In this document: positions 26,501-35,607 of the stretch, one piece after another
How positions within the stretch are numbered: position 1 is the stretch's first letter
Layout of the letters: each line of letters starts with the position of its first letter
Assembly: GCA_038087875.1 (NCBI GenBank)
Contig: CM075987.1
Span: 27,592,001-27,656,000, forward strand
Direction: 5' to 3'
Length of the DNA: 64,000 nt
Source of the DNA: Malacoraja senta
Taxonomy: Eukaryota
Notes under the pieces: model-generated
Database searches by the model: none
The model's input: the letters and a program-made list of their open reading frames with translations, nothing else
What the model was told of the DNA's origin: nothing
Program-made: the position numbers and the translations under genes

Positions 26501-29500
26501 GAACAATTTCTTTTCTTCGGTATTCACCAAGGAGAAGGATATTGAATAATGTGAGGTAAGGGAAACAAGCAGAGTAGCAATGGAAACTATGAGATTCAAA
26601 GAAGAGGAAGTGTGGACACTTTTGAAAAATATGAAAACGGATAAGTCTCCAGGTCCTGACAGGATATTCCCTAGGACATTGAGGGAAGTTAGTGTAGAAA
26701 TAGCAGGGGCTATGACAGAAATATTTCAAATGTCATTAGAAACGGGAATAGTGCCGGAGGATTGGCGTACTGCGCATGTTGTTCCATTGTTTAAAAAGGG
26801 TTCTAAGAGTAAACCTAGCAATTATAGACCTGTTAGTTTGACGTCAGTGGTGGGCAAATTAATAGAAAGGATACTTAGAGATAATATATATAAGCATCTG
26901 GATAAGCAAGGTCTGATTAGGAACAGTCAACATGGATTTGTGCCTGGAAGATCATTTTTGACTAATCTTCTTGAATTTTTCGAAGAGGTTACTAGGGAAA
27001 TTGATGAGGGTAAAGCAATGGATGTTGTCTATATGGACTTCAGTAAGGCATTTGACAAGGTTCCTCATGGAAGGTTGGTTAAGAAGATTCAATTGTTGGG
27101 TATTAATGGTGGAGTAGCAAGATGGATTCAACAGTGGCTGAATGGGTGATGCCAGAGAGTAATGGTGGATGGCTGTTTGTCAGGTTGGAGGCCGGTGACT
27201 AGTGGGGTGCCTCAGGGGTCTGTGTTGGGTCCACTGTTGTTTGTCATGTACATCAATGATCTGGATGATGGTGTGGAAAATTGGATTATTAAGTATGCAG
27301 ATGATACTAAGATAGGTGGTGGTGTGGATAATGAATTAGATTTTCAAAGTCTACAGAGAGATTTAGACCATTTGGAAGAGTGGGCTGAAAGATGGCAGAT
27401 GGAGTTTAATGCTGATAAATGTGAGGTGCTACATCTTGGCAGGACAAATCAAAATAGGACGTACATGGTAAATGGTAGCGAATTGAGGAATGCAGTTGAA
27501 CAGAGGGATCTAGGAATAACTGCATAGTTCCCTGAAGGTGGAATCTCATGTAGATAGGGTGGTAAAGAAAGCTTTTGGTGTGCTGGCCTTTATAAATCAG
27601 AGCATTGAATATAGAAGTTGGGATGTAATGTTAAAATTGTACAAGGCTTTGGTGAGGCCAATTCTGGAGTATGGAGTACAATTTTGGTCGCCTAATTATA
27701 GGAAGGATGTCAACAAAATAGAGAGAGTCCAGAGGAGATTTACTAGAATGTTGCCTGGGTTTCAGCAACTAAGTTACAGAGAAAGGTACACAAAAATGCT
27801 GGAGAAACTCAGCGGGTGCAGCAGCATCTATGGAGCGAAGGAAATGGGTAACGTTTCGGGCCGAAACCCTTCCCTCAGACTGAGGTCTGAGGAAGGGTTT
27901 CGGCCCGAAACGTTACCTATTTCCTTCGCTCCATAGATGCTGCTGCACCCGCTGAGTTTCTCCAGCATTTTTGTGTACCTTCGATTTTCCAGCATCTGCA
28001 GTTCCTTCTTTAACAAGTTACAGAGAAAGGTTGAACAAGTTAGGTCTTTATTCTTTGGAGCACAGAAGGTTAAGAGGGGACTTGATAGAGGTCTTTAAAA
28101 TGATGAGCGGGTTAGACAGAGTGGACATGGATAAGATTCAAACAAGGGGACATGACTTGAGAATTAAGGGACAGAAGTTTAGGGGTAACATTAGGGGGAA
28201 CTTCTTTACTCAGAGAGTGGTAGCTGTGTGGAATGAGCTTCCAATGGAAGTGGTGGAGGCAGGTTCGATGTTATCCTTTAAAAATAGATTGGATGGGTAT
28301 ATGGCCGGGAAAGGAATGGAGGGTTATGGTCTGAGTGCAGGTAGATGGGACTAGGGGGAAGTAAGAAGAAAGAAGGGAAGAAAAAAAAAAAAGTGTTCGG
28401 CATGGACTTGAAGGGCCGAGATGGCCTGTTTCCGTGCTGTAATGGTTATATGGTTATATATAGATGCAGTTATGTTTCTCTCTCAACAGCAATGGTATAA
28501 ATGGGCAAATGTGTTTGTGTTCAAAAATAAGTTTCCGTGTTATTTAAAACGGGCTCTCTTGTAATGAGGGCAGAATGGACATCATTTAAACATCTGACAG
28601 TCCGGCAGATTTTCAGGAGAGGACGCAGAGTGCTGGAGTAGCTCAGCAGGTCAGGCAGCATTTCTGGAGAACATGGATAGGTGACGTTTCACAGAGTGCT
28701 GGAGTAACTCAGCATGTCAGGCAGCATCACTGGAGAACATGGATAGGTGACGTTTCGCAGAGTGCTGGAGTTACTCAGCGGGTCAGGCAGCATTTCTGGA
28801 GAACATGGATAGGTGACGTTTTGGGTAAGATCCTTCTTCAGACTGTAGAGAGTGGGCTGGGGGATGCAGGTGTATAGGGAATGGACGAGAAAATGGGATA
28901 TCATAGAACTAGAGTGGACGGATGACCAATGGTTGATGCGGGCCGAAGGGCCCATTTTCATGCTGTATCTTTAAATATATTCTGTGTTTTTATATTTAGG
29001 GTGAGATGCAGAAGATTGCATTTGAAGCACTGCAGGTGAAGAAGGACAGAAGGCACACGCGCATCAGAGACCAGGTGAGCACGTGCACCTGGCGCAGGTG
29101 AGCTTGTTGCACCTGGCACAGGTGAGCCATGCTGGGGGATGGAACGCCGGCTTCACCCAGGCACCACTCCCTGGTGACTCCCTGTCACACGTGCTGCACC
29201 CAGTGAGGATTGGGCAGGTTTCAGCACCAGGTGTATGGGAGAGGGGCACAGACAGTCACACACAGCCACACCCACTGCACGTCACTGGCTGCACAACACC
29301 CACACACCTGTTGTTAGTTCTTCTTTCTCTATTTCCTTGTCTTCCTTTCTCTTTGTTCCTTTTTACTTCTTTCATAAACCACTTTGTTCTCCACTGGGGC
29401 GGCATGGTGGCGCAGCGGTAGAGTTGCTGCCTCACAACCGCAGAGATCTGGGTTCGATGCTGACTACGGGAGCTGTCTGTACGCAGTTTGTAACCTTCTC

Positions 29501-32500
29501 CCCCTGACTGCGTGAGTTTTCTCCAAAGACGTGTAGGTTTGTGGGTTAATTGGCCTCTAAATTGTGCCTGGTCTGTAGGGATTGGATGTTCGGGTGATCG
29601 ATGGTCAACGTGGACTCGGTGGGCCGAAGGACCTGTCTCCATGCTGTATCTCTCTTAACTTTCCTCTTATTTATTTTTATTTTTCCTCTAATCATCGACA
29701 ATTTGTGTTAACATAAGCAAATGTTCTAGGCACATCAAAGAAAGGCAAGGAAAAAAGATATCAAAGGCAGAGGACGACTATAGTCTGGGGAAAGGGGAGA
29801 AGTTGGGCAAGGACAGAGTGCTGGAGTAACTCAGCGGGTCAGGCAGCATCTGTGGAGAACATGGATAGGTGACGTTTCACAGAGTGCTGGAGTAACTCAG
29901 CGGGTCAGGCAGCATCTGTGGAGAACATGGATAGGTGACGTTTCACAGAGTGCTGGAGTAACTCAGCGGGTCAGGCAGCATCTGTGGAGAACATGGATAG
30001 GTGACGTTTCACAGAGTGCTGGAGTAACTCAGCGGGTCAGGCAGCATCTGGAGAAAATGAATGGGTGACGTTTCGTGTTTCTTCAGAAGAAGAGTCTCGC
30101 CCTGAAACGTCACCCATTTCTTCTCTCCAGAGATGCTGCCTGTCCCCCTTATCATGTATCTATACACTGTAAATGGCTCAATTGCAATCATGTATTATCT
30201 TTCCGCTGACTGGACACAACAAAAGCTTTTCACTGTAGGAAGGAACTGCAGATGCTGGTTTAAATCGATGATAGACACAAAATGTTGGAGTAACTCAGCG
30301 GGACGGGCAGCATCTGTGGAGAGAAGGAATGGGTGACATATCGGGTTGAGACGAAGGGTCTGAAGAAGGGTTTTCAGGCTCCTGTACCTTCTTCCCGATG
30401 GCTGGGGTGAAATGAGTGCATGGCCAGGGTGGTGTGGGTCTCTGATGATGCTGCCTGCCTTTTTGAGACAGCAACTGCAGTAAATCCCTTTGATGGTGGG
30501 GAGGTCAGAGCCGGTGATGGACTGGGCAGTGTTCACAACTACGAAACTAAATGTATGGATCCACGAGCAAGCCAGAGTCCACTCTCTGCAGCATCCTTCA
30601 TCCCATCTTGCATACGCTGTGATTATTTTGACCATTGTCTAGCCAGCCATCAGGTGCTGGTGGGTACTGAAGCAACCTCATACCATCCACATGTCTAATC
30701 AACTTTTATGTTTTGTTTTGCACCGTTCAGATCAAATTGATTGAGAATGAGTTAATGCAGCTGACACAGATCGAGTTAGACAGAAGAGAGACTGTCTTGG
30801 AGAACCTTCAGGTAGGGTGGGCAATCTGCTGAGCAGCACAGTTTATGGGTGATGGGAAGCCTGTATAATGTAGTGTCATGGCTGGGATAGTGGATCCTTC
30901 TCCACCCTCTGGGCTGCTCCGTGCCTGCAGCCTGCAGCTGGTGTTCATCTAAAGGAGCGCCCTGCGTCTATCTCTCCCTTACAATTCATGCTGCCACCTC
31001 CACCCTTGCTCTCCGCCCCCACCACAGCTCACTCACCGGCACACTCGGGCGGGGGGGGGGGGTGGAGTGGGGGGGCCTCCACTCCTCTCCTCATATCTTC
31101 ATCTCCACCCAGGCTCTGCAGGCACTCGGGCGGGGGGGGGGGGGGCTCCTCTCCTCTCCTCACATCTTCATCTCCACCCAGGCTCTGCAGGCACTCGGGC
31201 GGGGGGGGGGGGGGGGGCTCCTCTTCTCTGCAGGCTTGGCACAGTTCATGACTTCTTACCTCTGACTGCTGCTGTTGAAACGTAGAAACAAACAACTGCA
31301 GATGCTGGTTGGTACACACAGAGACACAGAGTGCTGGAGTAACTCAGCGGGTCAGGCAACATGGATAGGTGATGTTTTGGGTTGGTCTGAAGAAGGGTCT
31401 CGACCTGAAACGTTCTCCAGAGATGCTGCCTGTCACCCAGGCTGTGCTTGTTGTACCCCTCTGTCCCTGCAGGAGTCGCTGGCGACTGAGCGGCTGGCAC
31501 TCAGTGATCTGCTGCAGCAACTGCTGAAGGAGAAGAGCCTGCGGGAGAAAGAGCTCCAGGACCTGCTGGTATGTGTGTGTGTGTGGGGGTACGTGTGTGT
31601 GTGTGTGGGGGTACGTGTGTGTGTGTGTGTGGGGGTACGTGTGTGTGTGTGTGTGTGTGGGGGTACGTGTGTGTGTGTGTGTGGGGGTACGTGTGTGTGG
31701 GGGTACGTGTGTGTGTGGGGGTACGTGTGTGTGTGTGTGTGTGGGGGTACGTGTGTGTGGTATGTGTGTGTGTGTGGGGGTACGTGTGTGTGTGTGTGTG
31801 TGGGGGTACGTGTGTGTGTGTGGGGGTAAGTGTGTGTGTGGTACGTGTGTGTGGGGGACGTGTGTGTGGGGGTACGTGTGTGTGTGTGTGTGGGGGGGTA
31901 CGTGTGTGTGTGTGTGTGTGTGTGGGGGGGTACGTGTGTGTGTGTGTGGGGGTACGTGTGTGTGTGTGTGTGGGGGGGTACGTGTGTGTGTGTGTGGGGG
32001 TACGTGTGTGTGTGTGTGTGTGTGGGGGTACGTGTGTGTGTGTGTGTGGGGGGGTACGTGTGTGTGTGTGTGTGTGGGGGTACGTGTGTGTGTGGGGGGG
32101 TACGTGTGTGTGTGGGGGTATGTGTGTGTGTGTGGGGGTACGTGTGTGTGTGTGTGTGTGTGTGGGGGTACGTGTGTGTGTGTGGGGGTACGTGTGTGTG
32201 TGTGTGTGTGTGGGGGGGGGTACGTGTGTGTGTGTGTGTGTGTGGGGGGGGGGTACGTGTGTGTGGTATGTGTGTGTGTGTGGGGGTACGTGTGTGTGTG
32301 TGGGGGTACGTGTGTGTGTGTGTGGGGGTACGTGTGTGTGGTATGTGTGTGTGTGGTATGTGTGTGTGTGTGGGGGTACGTGTGTGTGTGTGTGGGGGTA
32401 CGTGTGTAGGGGTATGTGTGTGTGTGGTATGTGTGTGTGTGGTATGTGTGTGTGTGTGGGGGTACGTGTGTGTGTGTGTGTGGGGGTACGTGTGTGTGGT

Positions 32501-34890
32501 ATGTGTGTGTGGTATGTGTGTGTGTGGTATGTGTGTGTGTGGGTGTGTGTGCGTGTGGGGGTACGTGTGTGTGGTACGTGTGTGTGTGGTACGTGTGAGT
32601 GAGGGTACTTGTGTGTGAGGGTACGCGCGTGAGTGTGGGGGTACGCGTGTGTGAGGGTACGCGAGTGAGTGTGGGGGTACGCGTGTGTGTGTGGGGGGTA
32701 CGTGTGAGTGGGGGTACGAGTGTGTGAGGGTACGCGAGTGAGTGTGTGGGGGTACGCGTGTGTGTGGGGGTACGTGTGTGTGTGGGTACGTGTGAGTGTG
32801 GGGGTACGTGTGTGTGTGTGTGTGGGGGTACGTGTGTGTGGGGGTACGTGTGAGTTGGGGTACGTGTGTGTGTGTGTGTGGTACGTGTGTGTGTGTGTGT
32901 GTGTGGTACGTGTGTGTGTGTGTGTGGCACGTGTGTGTGTGTGTGTGTGTGTGGTACGTGTGTGTGTGTGTGGTACGTGTGTGTGTGGTACGTGTGTGTG
33001 TGGTACGTGTGTGTGTGGTACGTGTGTGTGTGGTACGTGTGAGTGAGGGTACGTGAGTGAGTGTGGGGGTACGCGTGTGTGTGTGGGGGTACGCGTGTGT
33101 GTGTGGGGGTACGTGTGTGTGGGGGTACGTGTGAGTTGGGGTACGTGTGAGTTGGGGTACGTGTGTGTGGGGGTACGTGTGAGTGGGGGTACGTGTGTGT
33201 GGGGGTACTCGTGTGTGTGTGGGGGTACGTGTGAGTTGGGGTACGTGTGTGTGGGGGTACGTGTGAGTGTGGGGTACGTGTGTGTGAGGGTGCGCGAGTG
33301 AGTGTGTGTGTGAGTGTGGGGGTACGCGTGTGCGTGGTGGTCCTGTGCTCCAAGGAATAGAGTCATAGCCTGCTCAACCTCTCCCTATAGTTCAGGCCCG
33401 TGCAACATCCTTGTGAATCTTCTTCTGAAGATTAGAGATACAGCGCGTGCTGCCATACTCTTGTCTTATAACTTTAGACAGACTTTAGAGAAACAGCGTG
33501 GGTCCACACCGACCAGCGATCCCCGCACACTAACACTATCCTACAAACACTAGGGACAATTTACAATTTTACCAAGCCCATTAACCTACAAACCATTACA
33601 TCTTTGGAGTGTGGGAGGAAACCGGAGCTCCTGGAGAAAACCCACACAGTCACAGGGAGAGCGTTCAAACTCTGTACAGACGGCACCCGTAGTCGGGATC
33701 GAACCCGGGTCCTTGGGGTTGTGAGGCAACAACTCTACCGCTGCACCACCGTGCCGCCCTGCAACTGGCTGACCAAAAGTGAACACTATACTCCAAATAT
33801 GATCTCACCAATGTCTGGTACAACATAGGAGGTTTGAGTTGGAACTGCCAGATGTGTTAGGGGCTGGATTATGAGGTGTAGTGAGATGGTTTGGGATGGG
33901 GAGTGAGTGAGTGGTGGGGGGGGGGGGGGGGGTCTGCGTTTGCTGAGTTTTGTTTTCCTTTCAGATGGAAATGCAGAAGAAGCACGAGACCAGTCAGGAA
34001 AACTATTGGCTGATTCAGTACCAGCGGCTGATGGACAAGAAGCCCCTGTCTCTTCGGGCACAGGTATGGATCCACTGGTCAAACATGCACAAACTAGGAA
34101 CTGCAGACAAGGACACAAAGTGCTGGAGTATCTCAGCAGGTCAGGCAGCATCTCTGGGGAACATGGATAGGTGACATTTCAGGTTGACCCCAAACAGTTG
34201 CTTGACCTGTTAACCCAGTCTTCACTACCTGTGACTAAATATTAACGCTCATAAGACAGGAGCAGAATTAGGCCATTTGGCCCATCAAGTCTAACCCGCC
34301 ATTCAATCATGACTGATCTATCTTTCCCTCTCAACCCCATTCTCCTGTCTTCAACCCATAACCCCTGACACCCATATTAATCAAAAATGTGTCAATCTGC
34401 TCCTTAAAAATATCCATTGACTTAGCTTCCACAGCCGTCTGTGGCAATGAATTCCACAGATTCACCACCCTCTGGCTAAAGCCATTCCTCCTCATCTCCT
34501 TCGTCAAGGAGCATCCTTTTATTCTGAGGCTGTGACCCCTGGTCCTAGACTCTCCCACTAGTGGAAACATCCTCTCCACACCCACACTAACGAGCCATTC
34601 ACACTGTAGATACACGATCAAGGGAATAATGTTTAGTGCAATATAAGATAATGCAAGAACTCTCATCCCAGGTCCCTCGTCCCCACCCACAGCATCCTGC
34701 TTGTTCTGGATTGTTCTCTAGTCAGACGGTTAACCTTTTGCCATGTGATTGTGTACAGGAGGAGGGTGTGGAGAAAGGACTGGTGGACCTGTTGTCCGCG
34801 CTGTCGGCTGACCAGTACCTGCCGCTCTTTGCACAACAGCGAATCACTCTGAAGATGCTGCGGTACATGACGATGGAGGATCTGGAGAAG
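2521..34890 (+). CDS. LRSAM1: E3 ubiquitin-protein ligase LRSAM1, partial gene (19 internal exons; first coding exons lie upstream of the window; SAM end, PTAP and RING exons lost at the gap)
   Basis: Spliced exons 2521-2565, 3870-3947, 6589-6657, 7334-7418, 9260-9381, 12289-12379, 14743-14873, 16388-16417, 16902-17024, 17668-17807, 19132-19176, 20369-20439, 22692-22791, 23744-23831, 29000-29074, 30731-30811, 31473-31568, 33965-34063, 34759-34890 give one open frame of 567 aa. It is colinear with human LRSAM1 from about aa 44 to 610 as recalled (e.g. [47 protein letters not shown]). Confidence 0.96.
3870..3947 (+). CDS. LRSAM1: LRSAM1 LRR exon [26 protein letters not shown]
   Basis: ttccag|GTT...AAG|gtaaat; 78 nt. 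Confidence 0.93.
4433..4512. repeat. 42-bp-period direct duplication
   Basis: TTTTGATCAGGAGGAGGACCACTTCAAAGTTACTTTGA at 4433 and 4475. Confidence 0.9.
6328..6507. mobile_element. Palindromic Penelope-derived short insert; similar copy at 53281-53468
   Basis: Inverted arms; TSD AATACRGTTTTATCGT (6312-6327 and 6508-6523). Confidence 0.78.
6589..6657 (+). CDS. LRSAM1: LRSAM1 LRR exon [23 protein letters not shown]
   Basis: tctcag|ATT...CAG|gtaaca; 69 nt. Confidence 0.94.
6722..7228 (-). mobile_element. CR1 LINE 3' fragment; further short copies at about 3050-3380, 13620-14060, 34250-34580, 36640-37300, 49600-50030 and elsewhere
   Basis: [19 protein letters not shown] and [11 protein letters not shown] peptides with the shared 3' UTR. 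Confidence 0.85.
7334..7418 (+). CDS. LRSAM1: LRSAM1 LRR exon [28 protein letters not shown](G)
   Basis: ttccag|GTG...AAAG|gtaaca; 85 nt, phase 0/1. Confidence 0.93.
7856..8405. repeat. Complex (CA)n microsatellite with CCTCACG interruptions
   Basis: Direct inspection. Confidence 0.97.
9260..9381 (+). CDS. LRSAM1: LRSAM1 LRR exon [40 protein letters not shown]
   Basis: ctccag|GG...GAG|gtaaaa; 122 nt, phase 1/0. Confidence 0.94.
9613..9920 (+). mobile_element. HE1-type V-SINE (tRNA-derived head, CR1/HER1-like tail); second copy at 9986-10265
   Basis: Head TGGAGCAGCGGTAGAG...GGTTCCATCC; V-core GGTTTCCTCCCACAC; tail GGGCCTGTTTCC...TCTAAACTAAA. Confidence 0.85.
11115..11407 (-). mobile_element. 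HE1-type SINE; others at 2670-2880(-), 11875-12170(-), 19845-20117(-), 23940-24152(+)
   Basis: Reverse complement of the same consensus. Confidence 0.83.
12289..12379 (+). CDS. LRSAM1: LRSAM1 exon [30 protein letters not shown]
   Basis: tgatag|TCC...AAAG|gtaagg; 91 nt, phase 0/1. Confidence 0.9.
13038..13250. mobile_element. Two inverted Penelope-like GIY-YIG endonuclease fragments
   Basis: Minus strand 13140-13040: [20 protein letters not shown]. Plus strand 13141-13250: [10 protein letters not shown]...[13 protein letters not shown]. Confidence 0.72.
14743..14873 (+). CDS. LRSAM1: LRSAM1 exon (E)[19 protein letters not shown]...EKWQ
   Basis: ccctag|AG...CAG|gtatgg; 131 nt, phase 1/0. Confidence 0.93.
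16388..16417 (+). CDS. LRSAM1: LRSAM1 30-nt exon [10 protein letters not shown]
   Basis: ttgcag|AAC...AAG|gtaaga; corresponds to human NRFSDYEKRK as recalled. Confidence 0.88.
16902..17024 (+). CDS. LRSAM1: LRSAM1 coiled-coil exon [14 protein letters not shown]...QAVKQ
   Basis: ccacag|GAA...CAG|gtaagc; 123 nt. Confidence 0.94.
17668..17807 (+). CDS. LRSAM1: LRSAM1 exon [23 protein letters not shown]...DSE(R)
   Basis: ccacag|GAG...GAGAG|gtgagg; 140 nt, phase 0/2. Confidence 0.93.
19132..19176 (+). CDS. LRSAM1: LRSAM1 exon [14 protein letters not shown](R)
   Basis: tttcag|A...AG|gtgaga; 45 nt, phase 2/2. Confidence 0.88.
20369..20439 (+). CDS. LRSAM1: LRSAM1 exon [23 protein letters not shown]
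   Basis: ctacag|G...GCAG|gtaagc; 71 nt, phase 2/1. Confidence 0.93.
20825..21133 (-). mobile_element. HE1-type SINE
   Basis: Full head-core-tail match to the other copies. Confidence 0.85.
21654..22646 (+). mobile_element. 5'-truncated CR1 LINE (RT C-terminus and 3' UTR)
   Basis: [41 protein letters not shown] in broken frames. Confidence 0.9.
22692..22791 (+). CDS. LRSAM1: LRSAM1 exon [31 protein letters not shown](S)
   Basis: ttgcag|CT...AG|gtacag; 100 nt, phase 1/2. Confidence 0.92.
23744..23831 (+). CDS. LRSAM1: LRSAM1 exon [29 protein letters not shown]
   Basis: ttacag|C...GAG|gtgtgt; 88 nt, phase 2/0. Confidence 0.92.
24240..28460 (+). mobile_element. Near-full-length, inactivated CR1-clade LINE (ORF1 zinc finger + SGNH esterase; ORF2 APE + RT)
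   Basis: ORF1: CARC, GDSIVR, GTND, DGLHLN. ORF2: [49 protein letters not shown]. Several stops and frameshifts; 3' tail ATGGTTATATGGTTATA. Confidence 0.94.
27788..28014. mobile_element. Palindromic Penelope-derived short insert with a hammerhead-like motif, inside the CR1
   Basis: About 95-bp inverted arms; 17-bp TSD AAGTTACAGAGAAAGGT (27771-27787 and 28015-28031). Confidence 0.8.
29000..29074 (+). CDS. LRSAM1: LRSAM1 exon [25 protein letters not shown]
   Basis: atttag|GGT...CAG|gtgagc; 75 nt. Confidence 0.93.
29398..29653 (+). mobile_element. HE1-type SINE
   Basis: Head GGCGGCATGGTGGCGCAGCGGTAGAG...GGTTCGATG. Confidence 0.83.
29813..30073. repeat. 66-bp tandem array (4 units) of Penelope-derived sequence; similar arrays at 28627-28840 and 38350-38538(-)
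   Basis: Unit starts at 29813, 29879, 29945, 30011. Confidence 0.92.
30731..30811 (+). CDS. LRSAM1: LRSAM1 exon [27 protein letters not shown]
   Basis: gttcag|ATC...CAG|gtaggg; 81 nt. Confidence 0.93.
31040..31235. repeat. Three-copy tandem repeat with G12-17 runs
   Basis: CACTCGGGC-G(n)-...CTCCTCT..., with ATCTTCATCTCCACCCAGGCTCTGCAGG present twice. Confidence 0.85.
31473..31568 (+). CDS. LRSAM1: LRSAM1 exon [32 protein letters not shown]
   Basis: ctgcag|GAG...CTG|gtatgt; 96 nt. Confidence 0.93.
31569..33336. repeat. 1.77-kb (GT)n-GGGGGTAC minisatellite
   Basis: Dozens of GTGTGT..GGGGGTAC units; starts at the LRSAM1 donor GT. Confidence 0.97.
33473..33759 (-). mobile_element. HE1-type SINE
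   Basis: Reverse-complement match to the consensus. Confidence 0.83.
33965..34063 (+). CDS. LRSAM1: LRSAM1 exon [33 protein letters not shown]
   Basis: tttcag|ATG...CAG|gtatgg; 99 nt. Confidence 0.95.
34759..34890 (+). CDS. LRSAM1: LRSAM1 SAM-domain exon [44 protein letters not shown]
   Basis: gtacag|GAG...AAG|gtaggt; 132 nt. Confidence 0.94.
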
Positions 34891-35256
34891 GTAGGTGTGC
34901 CGGCCGCTCGTGGACGGGAGGACGCCGACGCTTGGGTTGTGGGAGCCACACTGCTTGACCCCCTCATCCAGCGGCGTGGAGAAAGGTGTAGGAAGTGAGT
35001 TCCACTGTTCATATCCCCTCGTTATCACCTCTTCCACAGACAACAATGGACCTTTGTGGGCTCCACCTTCCCTTGGTCATTGGTGCTGGCCCTGATTTGT
35101 TTTCATACCTCTGGTTTCCCTCTCCCCTGTCTCTCAGTCTGAGGAATGGTCTGGACCCGAAATGTCACCCATTCCTTTTCTCCAGAGACGCTGCCTGTCC
35201 CGCTGAGCCCCTCCACAGGGAAGCTAGGTCACAACTTACTAGAATACCTCCCACAG

Positions 35257-35527
35257 GGGCGACACGGTGGCGCAGCGGTAGAGTTGCCTCCTCACAGCGC
35301 CAGAGACCCAGGTTCAATCCCTGACTACGGGTGCTGTCTGTACGGAGTTTGTACGTGACCCGCGTGGGGTTTTCTCCCACACTCCAAAGACGTGCAGGTT
35401 TGTAGGTTATTTTGGGCTTCAGTAAAATTCTAAATTGTCCCTAGTGTGTGTTTGGATAGTGTTAGTGGTCGGTGCGGACTCGGTGGGCCGAAGGGCCTGT
35501 TTCCACATTGTATCTCTAAACTAAACT
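35257..35527 (+). mobile_element. HE1-type SINE
   Basis: Head, core and CTAAACTAAA tail. Confidence 0.85.
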
Positions 35528-35607
35528 AGTGTCTCAGAAGCACCTTGTGCAGGCAGTCCCACTCTCCTGGGAAAGGAAGTCTCTTCATTGCAAGGAGAGG
35601 TGTGATG

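Noticed and set aside
28627..30073. CRISPR-like regular repeats
   Set aside because: Head-to-tail units with no unique spacers, no cas genes, eukaryotic intron
31344..33366. Long 669-aa and 621-aa His/Thr/Pro ORFs and Val/Cys ORFs
   Set aside because: Translations of the GT minisatellite, which simply lacks stop codons; intronic or antisense to LRSAM1
34891..34998. Read-through VGVPAARG... resembling the next LRSAM1 residues (human VGVSEAG)
   Set aside because: Similarity stops after three residues, which are produced by the donor GTAGGTGTG; a stop follows with no RING domain
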